The notes under the pieces were generated by a model. It made no database searches and was not told the DNA's origin. It worked only from the letters and a program-made list of their open reading frames with translations. A stretch of 63,815 nt of DNA, the filler included, from Octopus bimaculoides (lineage: Eukaryota): assembly GCF_001194135.2 (NCBI RefSeq). It is 7 parts of 7 records of this genome, joined end to end, with 100 filler letters (N's around TTAATTAATTAA, not from the genome) between each part and the next. Parts side by side here need not be neighbours in the genome. Positions count along the whole stretch, not along the records: positions 10,624 to 39,728 come from NC_068981.1; 6 more parts are not named here. One strand, given 5' to 3'. This document shows, in pieces, positions 12,134 to 23,165 of the stretch (position 1 is the first letter of the stretch; each line of letters begins with the position of its first letter). Both the position numbers and the translations under genes were made by a program.

Positions 12134-13965
12134 ATGGCATCAAGATGTTGTAAGCATCCGGCAGATGGATTTTGTTATGTCTGCGGTGAATTTATCAAGA
12201 GAAGATCAAAAAAGTACTCTGTAACACCACCTGCTAAAATGTGTGAGGCCTACAAGGCATATTTCACTATGCCTGTCGGAGATCAGGATAAATCCTGGGG
12301 ACCTCATTTCACCTGCGAACTCTGCAAAAGAACTCTAGAGGGTATGATGGAAAATTTTGCCTATTTGGATAGTGGAACTTTTTAGTGTAAAAAGTTTGGA
12401 TATTTTTCAATTTGTTTCCTCTTTTTTTAACCAGTGTTACAGAAAATATATATACTGTATTTAATGCAAATATAATATACAAAATCAAATACCATACAGT
12501 AACTAATGTAAATAGATCTGTAATTGTAACTATTTCTTTATGGCTTGAAGATGATGGATGATTAGGAAAGCAAGTATAATATAATTGTATTTTTATACTC
12601 ATATCTTTATTTTCCTCTTTTGCAGGATGGTACAGAGGGGGAAAACGAGCAATGAAATTCGCAATCCAACGAATTTGGAGAGAACCAGCTGACCCCTAAA
12701 ACAACTGCTTATTCTGCATGACTGACCCTTCCAAACGTCGAGCTGGCAAGAGTGCACCTGCTATCATATATCCAGACCTTCTGTCATCAATCGTCCCAGT
12801 ACTCACTCCTCCAAAGAGAGAGCAGCCACCTTCAGAAGAGTCCAGAAGACTTTGAAATCGTTGATCCAGATTTCAGAGGTGCAGTTAAAGAGAAGAACCC
12901 ATATTCCTCCAAACAAAAGGATCTCAACGACCTTATCAGAAATCTTGGCCTCACACGGTGCAATGCTGAACTTATGACATCGTGACTCCGGCAGTGGAAA
13001 TTGCTACATGAAGGTGTGCGAGTCGCATGTCACAGAAAGTGCAACCAGTTTTTTTCAAGTTGTTTCACCAGTCAAGATGAGCTTTGTTTCTGCCACAATC
13101 TGACTGGTCAGTTTGAGGCTATTGGAATCGCTTGTAACCCCAGAAAGTGGCGCCTCTTCATTAACAGCTTATCCAAGAGTGATGCTACTTCACAACGGGA
13201 ATATATATCCATCTCTTCTCCTGGTAACTCAGTGCAGCTCAAAGAGGAATACAGCAGCGTGAAGATCTTGCTTAAATTCTTGAAATATGAAGAGTACGTT
13301 TGGGAGATTATTGGAGACTTTAAAATGGTGACCTTTCTGATGGGTCTCGAAAGGAGGCTTTACCACATTCCCATGTTATCTTTGTCTTTTAAACAGCAGG
13401 GTTACCGCAGAATACTACGAGAGGCGAGACTGGTCACAGCGGACCGAGTTCAGTGTGGAGAAGAAAAACATCAAATGGGATCCTCTGTTGGACTCCTGGA
13501 AGGTATTGTTTCATCCACTGCACAGAAAAGTGGGTCGTACGAAACAGTTTGTTTCGGCTCTAGATCAGGCGTCTGCAGCCTTCAGATATCTTAAAGACTT
13601 TTTACCTAAGCTGCACGATGCAAAGGTGAACGCTGGTGTCATCGTCGGATCACAAATAAAGCAGATCTTAAGAGTTCAAAGAATTCCCCCAATAAACTCA
13701 CTGAGACGGAGGAACCAGCGTGGAACAGCTTTGTTGCAGTGATTCGAGAGTTCCTGGGAAATCACAAAGCCATAAACTATGCAGAGCTTGTTGAGATGCT
13801 GCTGAAAAACTACGGCAAAATGGGTTGCAGGATGTCCCGCAAATCCACATCCTTGACGCTCATTTTCATAAATCTAAGGAGAACATGGGAGCGTACTCAG
13901 AGAAGCAAGGCATGTGATTCCACCAAGATATAATGAATTTTGAAGGACGTTACCAAGGATCGTAT
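12134..13965 (+). pseudogene. Chapaev3-like transposase pseudogene; exon 1 12134-12341, phase-1 intron 12342-12625, exon 2 12626-~13965
   Basis: MASRCCKHPADGFCYVCGEFIK...PHFTCELCKRTLE-G|GTATGA...TTTGCAG|GA-WYRGGKRAMKFAI.RIWREP..*NNCLFC...QKDLNDLIR.LGLT...LLHNGN.YPS...IIGDFKMV.FLMGL.GGFT.FPCYLCL...HPLH.K.G..KQFV.ALD...FLGNHKA.NY..LV..LLKNYGKMGCRMS...NMGAYSEKQGM*FHQDI.NFEGRYQG. Several frameshifts and stops. Confidence 0.9.
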
Positions 13966-13974
13966 ATCTACTTT

Positions 13975-14085
13975 CAAATGTGTATTAATCAACGTAATTG
14001 CATATTTATGCATATAACCGTATTTTATTTCATTCTCAACCAAATCTGTCCGGCGAACGAGAACGTGATGTCTTTGCAGCTTTAT
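13975..14085 (+). repeat. Unclassified interspersed repeat, second copy at 63590-63700
   Basis: aaatgtgtat...atatttatgcatataa...ttct.aac.aa..ctgtc...cgaacg.gaacgtga is shared by both sites; it begins where Chapaev homology stops. Confidence 0.6.
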
Positions 14086-14472
14086 TAAGCATATTACTCT
14101 AATTCGGGTATTCGAGTACTATTTTTCCCACCTTGTTTTAGATTTACGTGCTTCCTCTATATATATCCCAGAGTAAACACATGCATACACGCACATACAT
14201 ACATACACACGCACACCAGCACACACATCTATATATGTCATCACGGGTGCAGCAGTGGTCTTAAAATTTCAAATTATTATATAACAAAAATGTGTGTACT
14301 GAACGTTAATAATTGCGTATAGTCTTCACTAGACAGGTTATTTTTGAAGACGGACTTCAAGTAGCGTGTATTCTAAGAACGATTTTCTTTAGTTAGTTAC
14401 TTAAAGTATGAAAATCTACCAGGAAAACAGATCACTGAATAGGCTTCGGCGAAAGGAGCATGGAAAGCATTA

Positions 14473-14701
14473 TTAAACACGTAGCATTTAAACCAGCCAT
14501 ATCCGACTAAAATATTATACCTCTTTCATGTTCAAACTGGCCAAATCCAAAATTTCACGCTTACCTTACAATGTCCCTCTAAAAATAAACAATCGCACTA
14601 TAAACATTTTGAAGCTGTGAGATAATGCATGATTAATTCAAAACAATGTCAATAAATAATAATTACATTTGATAGAAAAATCATAATTCTAAAGGGTGTA
14701 A
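14473..14701. mobile_element. Decayed piggyBac-like MITE (TTAA...tagcattt / ...ctaaaggg.taa ends)
   Basis: The right end reverse-complements to ttacaccctttagaatt, resembling the left end ttaaacacgtagcattt; the body matches a recalled octopus repeat. Confidence 0.4.
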
Positions 14702-15728
14702 GAGATTAAATTAGTTGGAAGAAATATATCTCACTCGAAATAAGTTTGGTAGTATCAACCAAAGGTCAACACATACTGGCTGTAATTTGAACTCATGGTA
14801 CTTTCAGTTTAGCACTTCAATCTAAAAACTTATTATTCTTTTGGATGCACTTTCCATTAAGAAGACAAAAATTTAAAAGATATTGTTGCAAGAACAGCAT
14901 GATCCTGATAGAAGAAAATATTTCCTTAAAAAAAAAAACAATGAAGATGAGTGTTATTTTTGTATCAAAATCTCCTAGCTAATGTGGTACCATAAAGAGC
15001 ATATCTCGTTTTAGAATACAAGCTGAAAAAGCTTTAAAGCATGAAATTTATCATAAATGCAATGTTAGCAGTTTGTTTTATTTCAGTCATAATATCTATT
15101 GTCCGTTGATTGTATCTCATCTATGCTTACCCTCGATTTATTTGAACGTTGTTTCATTATGAAATCTAAGTACATCACCTTCAATTTGGAGACGAAATGC
15201 ATTTTCATCCTGTACATCAAAAGAATTATAGACTAATATGCGTGTGCTACAATTTATTAATTTAATAAAGGAGAGAAAAAACGGGATTTAAAGAGAACGA
15301 AATTGCAAAGAATATAAAGGTTTGCCATAATTTTATATTGCATAACTGCTATTGCTATAACATTTAGCTAGCGTTTCTATATGAATGTGAATATCAATGG
15401 TTGCTTCATGAATATCACTAATTTTCACATACGAACCATTAAACTAACTATATAAATACATGTTCTTATATCAATCAGTTATGAAACTTATTTTTCACCC
15501 ATATAAAATATTATGTGCATATTAACACCTAAATCTCCAGTCCTAAACACACACACATAGGCGTACAAACGCAAATATACACATATATTCATCACATAAA
15601 AGATCCATGTGAATGTTTACAATCAATATTTAAACATTTTATAGGATGGATATTTTTTGCGACTCCTAACTGTCAGATTTGATAGCAAATACAGTATTAG
15701 CCGTTTGCGTATATTTTCTACGTATCAC

Positions 15729-15830
<102 letters not shown>

Positions 15831-16236
15831 CCAAAGAAGTATTAAAAGACACGTCAATAAAATGAGTATATATTTTACAGGAGCAAATTATGGTGTTACA
15901 AACACCCAGTAACGTATCCTAATTGATTTTTAAGAGCGATTCATTAATTGATTAATCATGAATGTTGCCAGAAGAAGTTAATAAAAGAGAATAAAGTAAG
16001 ACCTGCTATAATAAATGGCCATGTTTATTTAGCACATTAAATGTGATGTTGCATTTGGATTCTCTCTCCAATTAGAATGTGCACAAGCACCTATACACAA
16101 GCTCAAACAGGCACTCGCACACGCACAAACGTTCACATAGACACACGTACACACACATACATACACATACATAATATACATGTGTATATATATGTATAGA
16201 TGCATATCTTTGTATGTATATTTATACGCATACACG

Positions 16237-16302
<66 letters not shown>

Positions 16303-17246
16303 NNNNNNNNNNNNNNNNNNNNNNNNNNNNNNNNNNNNNNNNNNNNNNNNNNNNNNNNNNNNNNNNNNNNNNNNNNNNNNNNNNNNNNNNNNNNNNNNNN
16401 NNNNNNNNNNNNNNNNNNNNNGCTCTTCCGATCTCGAACACACACACACACACGCACAGACGCGCGCACGCGCACATAACTGCGTTTTTTAAAGTGGTTC
16501 TGCCTTATGTATAGCATTAAAAAAGCCAAACAAGCTAATTCTCAAAATATGTTCAGTTTCAGTGGTCGCAGTCATGAACGAAACATCAAGACAGCAATAA
16601 CTTTGTTATGTCAATAATTTAATAGCAATATTATATTTTGTTATAACTAAAAAATAAACAAAGAAAAACGCCACAATCTTTGATATTCACTATAAAGTCT
16701 TTTTGATCTTTTCTATTCCACACATTAGAAGAATTCCGCCATATAAACGCAATGCAACGCACTGCACCGATATTATTCTCTATTCATTTTAGGCAAACGC
16801 CAAAGGTTAAGAGTATAACTTCCTGCTGATTCGAGTCTATGATCCGATTTCGATTGCGGATTGAAGCCATTTTTCATTCATTTGTATCACTAATGCATTT
16901 AGAAAAGATAGCATTAAGACAGCATTACACATCGTCAAACATTTTTCTCCCTAAAATATGAGTTTACTCTTCTCACAAAAGGAACTACGTTCTACTTTAT
17001 TTCTAATGACTGGCATCGAGTGAAAGCAAACATACTGCAATATTCAATTCAGATGTCTTCTATATATTAATGGTGCTTATTTTATCGATTACAGTACGAT
17101 TTGAATTTAGAGAAATATCGATTCAATTTGTTTTAAAAATTTTAGAGTCGTATCATTGAAAGGGAGTTGGAAAATCTACCTAAAGGTCCATAATTTGTAT
17201 CAAACGATATGCTTTACTATTTTCATTTCTTAAAGTTTCTTACGTG

Positions 17247-17284
<38 letters not shown>

Positions 17285-18069
17285 NNNNNNNNNNNNNNNN
17301 NNNNNNNNNNNNNNNNNNNNNNNNNNNNNNNNNNNNNNNNNNNNNNNNNNNNNNNNNNNNNNNNNNNNNNNNNNNNNNNNNNNNNNNNNNNNNNNNNNNN
17401 NNNNNNNNNNNNNNNNNNNNNNNNNNNNNNNNNNNNNNNNNNNNNNNNNNNNNNNNNNNNNNNNNNNNNNNNNNNNNNNNNNNNNNNNNNNNNNNNNNNN
17501 NNNNNNNNNNNNNNNNNNNNNNNNNNNNNNNNNNNNNNNNNNNNNNNNNNNNNNNNNNNNNNNNNNNNNNNNNNNNNNNNNNNNNNNNNNNNNNNNNNNN
17601 NNNNNNNNNNNNNNNNNNNNNNNNNNNNNNNNNNNNNNNNNNNNNNNNNNNNNNNNNNNNNNNNNNNNNNNNNNNNNNNNNNNNNNNNNNNNNNNNNNNN
17701 NNNNNNNNNNNNNNNNNNNNNNNNNNNNNNNNNNNNNNNNNNNNNNNNNNNNNNNNNNNNNNNNNNNNNNNNNNNNNNNNNNNNNNNNNNNNNNNNNNNN
17801 NNNNNNNNNNNNNNNNNNNNNNNNNNNNNNNNNNNNNNNNNNNNNNNNNNNNNNNNNAAGCAGAATAAACGAGTACATATGTGATATTCTTTTCATTTAA
17901 TACAGAGAACTAATTCTACCTCCTCCTAAACGAATTTTGAATGTCTTGTAATCTGCCTTTTTCTGTTATTCAGACCGATGGAACCTTGTGTTTTATGTAA
18001 AAAATCAATATATATATTTTCATTATATTTTACATCAGAGATAGAGAGAAGAAATATCTGCACATGAAA

Positions 18070-18106
<37 letters not shown>

Positions 18107-18959
18107 TGGGTTAAAAGTATTTGGTAAGTTTGCAGTGCTTTGTTGGCTTCAAAAAGAAAGAGAAAATGAGAAAGTGGAGGGTAGAGAGAAGGAGTAATCA
18201 TCTTTATGTGTATATTGACAATATTACATACACATTTCCTTCTTTTTTATAAATATCATAGGGAATTATTATTTATAATTTCATTCATACGTTACAAATT
18301 TGATCTAAAACCTGTTGATGCTGAAGGGATAAAAAGTGCGTTTTATCTTTTCGTAATATTATTTGATAGACTAATATTTTCCAATCTGAGAGAGAAAGAG
18401 AGAGAGAGAGTGTAAAAAAAAAGAGGAAATTGAAAAGCGTTCGGTACTGTGATTGTAATAACCTTTCTTCCCATCGAACAAAGTACATTCAATTGAAAAT
18501 ATGATTAAAACTTGAAATAATCATGATTTCAATGTTAGGCTTACCTCTGTACTTATGTAACTTCACTTCTGCCCAACAACAGAATTGAATTCATCATATT
18601 AAGCTAAGGATCAACTAGTTAATTTTCGACTTATCACTACTTACAGTAACCTAGGTTTGCATCTGTGGTAACAACAGAGAAACGCATTGTACAATTAAAA
18701 TACAAGCACCTTCTCCATGGACAAATTACATGCGTTGCCATGGAATACAGCTATTTCTCATCTCTCGTCAAGAGAAACCTAAAGCAGACGCCCCAGTTCA
18801 TATTTATTTCATTGACTTATTTTAGTTTTGTTTCTTGCGTTCCATGGTAACATTCTCTCTTTTTACCACATTATCAACATTATTAGCTACGATAATATAT
18901 ATAGAAAGTATACAGGTATGGTTGCATATATGCGAGGCAATATATACTGTTTCACAAAC

Positions 18960-19115
18960 AGTGTTGGTGCGTTTATATTCCCGTAGCTGTGCGGTTCAGC
19001 AAAAGAACAAATAGAATAATTACCAGGCTTTAAAAATTAAGTTCTAGGGTCAATCGGTTCCACTAAAATTGCTCAAGGTGGTGCACCAGCACGACCGCAG
19101 TCTGATGGCTGACAT
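18960..19115 (-). mobile_element. SINE-like fragment (cagtcatttgactgcggcc family)
   Basis: gtgttggtgcgtttat...tagaataattaccaggctt...aaggtggtgcaccagcacgaccgcagtc...atggctgac is the reverse complement of the family head seen at 63755. Confidence 0.6.
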
Positions 19116-19582
19116 AAGTAATATATACATATATGTAGGTATGTATGTATGTATGTATGTATGTATGTATGTATGTATGTATGNNNNNNNNNNNNNNNNN
19201 NNNNNNNNNNNNNNNNNNNNNNNNNNNNNNNNNNNNNNNNNNNNNNNNNNNNNNNNNNNNNNNNNNNNNNNNNNNNNNNNNNNNNNNNNNNNNNNNNNNN
19301 NNNNNNNNNNNNNNNNNNNNNNNNNNNNNNNNNNNNNNNNNNNNNNNNNNNNNNNNNNNNNNNNNNNNNNNNNNNNNNNNNNNNNNNNNNNNNNNNNNNN
19401 NNNNNNNNNNNNNNNNNNNNNNNNNNNNNNNNNNNNNNNNNNNNNNNNNNNNNNNNNNNNNNNNNNNNNNNNNNNNNNNNNNNNNNNNNNNNNNNNNNNN
19501 NNNNNNNNNNNNNNNNNNNNNNNNNNNNNNNNNNNNNNNNNNNNNNNNNNNNNNNNNNNNNNNNNNNNNNNNNNNNNNNNNN

Positions 19583-19720
19583 AAAAAAAAACACGAAGAC
19601 ATGTGGTGTAGAAAACAAACAGATGTATTAGTTTAACGCTCGGGAAGTGAAAAAGTCTTTAACGTTTCGAGCCTACGCTCTTCCACAGAAAGGAACACAC
19701 AGAGAAACAAGGAGAGATAT
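19583..19720 (-). repeat. Repeat carrying a hammerhead-like motif at 19655-19692
   Basis: Reverse complement: cttt CTGTGGA a GAGC gtag GCTC GAAA cgt TA aag; stem II is perfect, stem III is the palindrome AACGTT, core has A6U. Confidence 0.5.
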
Positions 19721-21029
19721 ATATTTGTATGTATGTATTTATGTGTGTAACATGCGCATACACATGAGTACACACACAGATACATATTTATATGCATGTT
19801 TGTGTATTCATGCTTGCATATTTTAAGAAAGGCATATACGGATATGTACACAGCTAGTCAGAAGTACATACAATATTTACGGTATGCTATGAAGACAAAT
19901 GAACTCTACAGTTTATGCAAACCCTATAAATTCTACTTGACGCTATGGTGTAATTATTTCTTTAAGATTTATGAACTCTGAGTGACCTTTGAAAAAAAAA
20001 AGAAGCCAAGCAAGCTTTGTTTAAAAGACATACCAATAAGAAATATGTTTTATTCGTTGCTATTTGTGAATTTCTACTTTTATATAGTCAAGTTCAAGAT
20101 AAAATGGAATTGATTGAAAATGTCTTCTGTCAAACCTCATTGGAAAACATTCAAAATATTGACTGAATTATGATATTAGATTTGTGTGTATGTTGGGATA
20201 ATCTCTGAAATCAACGTTGTTTCTATATACATATGTATGTGGGTGAATGGTCTTCTCTCAGTCTATATATATATGTATGTTAGCATATGTGTGTGTGTGT
20301 GTGTGTATGTGTGCGTGTGCGTGTGTGTGTGTGTGTGTGAGTGTGTGTGTGTGTGTGTATACGTGCGTGTGATTGTGTGTGTATGTGCGTGCGTGTGTGT
20401 GTCTGTGTGTAGATATGCACATGTTGGAAAGAAAGAGAAAACGAGGACAAGACGGAAGCAAATAATGCAGATTGTTGAAAGCATAAGGTCAAAGAACATT
20501 TCTTGTTATATATATATTTTTTTTAAATAAAAGAAAATATATTAAATTGCTAGCATACGAATTTGATTTATCTTTTGCCCTGATTTATTTGTTAAAATAA
20601 GCTTCATGGGAACGCGAAGTTATTTTGAATGCTTTTCAGATAGAAAATGCGACACACGTACATATAGACCAAACAGCATTACTTCATACATCGTGTAGTT
20701 GCATTTGATCACTCTTTCCTTCTTTATCTTTTTCTCTCTCTCTCTCTCTCGCACTCACTTTATACGTATATGTACATAGATGCACACACAGACACACCCA
20801 CCCACATATATATATTTATATACAAATCCAGATAGGATAGAATGCATGGAAGAGATACTGAGAGCGTGTGATACAGGAGATTAGACAGTGTCAATATGTA
20901 AGCAATTTGTGGAGTCGCCTTTTACATTTAGTATATAATGCAATAAACTATATAAAATATATATATATATAATGCAATATATATATATATATATATATGT
21001 CTGTCATTCTCTCTTCCTCACTCTTCCTC

Positions 21030-22215
21030 CCATGCTCACGTGACCATCTTGCCATCTTTATTCTCCTAACTTGTGTTTCTTTCATTCTCTCCGTTGTAGC
21101 TGGATCAAGGATGACGCGTTCTTGTCTGTCTCCTGTCTAAGGTTGATTTATGCGTTCGCCACCTCGTTTAGTCTTAGCAACCCTTCCTCTTTCTTTTCAT
21201 TGTCCTGTTTGCGGTACCAATTTTGAACATCCGCAAAATCCCAAATTTTATTTAAATTGCTTTGCGAGAGCAACTATTTTATCGAAAGCGTATCTCGTTG
21301 TTAAATGATCGAATAGAAAAACAGCCAACAACTGATGAAGGTTCGACTTGTGTTGTCTTGTTTTCCATTTGTGTGTTTAGTTGCTCGAAAAATAGTTCAC
21401 ACTCCATTCGTATNNNNNNNNNNNNNNNNNNNNNNNNNNNNNNNNNNNNNNNNNNNNNNNNNNNNNNNNNNNNNNACACATATATATATAATTTATATTA
21501 TTATATGACTGAACGCCACGCCTCGTCTTTGTTACGTTTTTCTCTCTTTCTCTCTTTTATTCTTTTACCTCCTCGTTTCCCATAATTCTATCCTATTACA
21601 CTTTCGATTTTTGTCTCTTCCTGTCTCCTTTTCTCCCCACCTGTTTTTTCTCACTTAATCTATCTCCATTTTTTCTTCACACTTCACAGGTCTTTGTCTA
21701 TTTCTCTCCCTCACTCCCTCCTATTTCTCTCCCTCCTTTGCTCACATTGCTCCCACGTGACCATCGGACATCGATCTTTCTTCTCCTAACTTGTGTTTCT
21801 TTCTGTTTCTCCGTTGTAGCTGGAGCAAGGAAGACGTATTCTTGTCTGTCTCTTGTCCAAGCTTGTTTTATGCGTTTGCCAACGCAAACTTTTTTAGTCT
21901 TAGCAGCCCTTCCTGTTTGTTTTCATTGTCCTGTTTGTGATACCAATTTTGACCCTCCGCAAAATCCCAGATTTTATTTAATTTGCTTCGTGGGAGCAAC
22001 TGTTGTATCGAAAGCGTACCTTGTTGTTAAATGCTCGAAATGAAATACGAGAGTAGAAAAACAGCCAACAACTGATGAAGGTTCGTCTTTTGTGTTGTTT
22101 GTGCTGTTTTCCATTTGTGTATTTCGTTGTTCGAAAAAATAATTCATATTCTGTCTGCTCTTCGTATTTTTGTTGCACACATTTCGTGACGTCCTTTGTC
22201 CACATATGCATATAT
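21030..22215 (+). repeat. Tandem pair of ~400-bp repeats (21030-21413 and 21750-22215), putative Penelope-type pLTRs
   Basis: cacgtgaccatc...ttctcctaacttgtgtttctttc...ccgttgtagctgga.caagg...taccaattttga...cgcaaaatccca...tagaaaaacagccaacaactgatgaaggttcg is present in both copies. Confidence 0.85.
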
Positions 22216-22972
22216 ATATATGAAAGAAATATGGCAGCAACGTGAAAATATGCCTGATATGTTTTGAAATTATTTTGAAACTCTCCGTGGAGTGGGGCCT
22301 GACGTTCTAATTCTCTCCTGTTTACCCACTGTATCTACAATTCCCATAGCAACTCCAATCGCGAACAGTTGTCTGATTACGCTTTGTTCCGTATTTTAGA
22401 CATATATTTCTCTGAACCTTTCTTGGATGTTAAGATGCTTGTGATAGACACCGTACACAATCCTCCCTGACTTATGAATTACTTATTCCTTGTCCTGTGT
22501 TTGTTGGAGGCCGAGGCTCCAACATTTGTTACCTTCAGTTTTCTGTAAGAAATTTAATCCGCTCCTAACTATATTCCCGACACGAGTCCACACATCCCAA
22601 ATACTTTTAATCTTTTCTCTATCTTTAAAGAAACTCAACACACCTACTACCGTCTATACACCCACTGAACCGCCCAATTATTTCTTAATCAAGTAACATA
22701 CTTTACAACCATCGAAACGTCTAGTTCTCCCCGTTAGCTGATCGGTTGTCTGCTAGTTGTAAGTATTGATAAATCAATCATAATATGAATGTTCTGTTGA
22801 ACATTTATTGACGTTAGAAAATATAACCGTTTAATCATTAAACAATACTTAGACGTAATCTGCATGAAAGACGAAAACTTCCTTATTGTTTTTATGCAGA
22901 TATTATTGACAGCCCTGTCTCTACGATAAGTATACACATACACACATACACCCACACCACACACAAACACAT

Positions 22973-23050
<78 letters not shown>

Positions 23051-23111
23051 NNNNNNNNNNNNNNNNNNNNNNNNNNNNNNNNNNNNNNNNNNNNNNNNNN
23101 NNNNNNNNNNN

Positions 23112-23165
<54 letters not shown>

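Larger units (their letters stand above)
11668..13965 (+). mobile_element. Chapaev3-like (CMC superfamily) DNA transposon, left end present, 3' end truncated
   Basis: Begins TTA|CACTATGTAACAAATTTT (CAC terminus, TWA-type flank), followed by a 5' leader and a two-exon transposase pseudogene. No right TIR (GTTACATAGTG) seen. Family assignment is from recalled Chapaev3 transposase motifs. Confidence 0.8.

Noticed and set aside
22250-22750. GC-richer segment possibly from a Tx1 LINE C-terminus (minus strand)
   Set aside because: Similarity too weak to call by eye.
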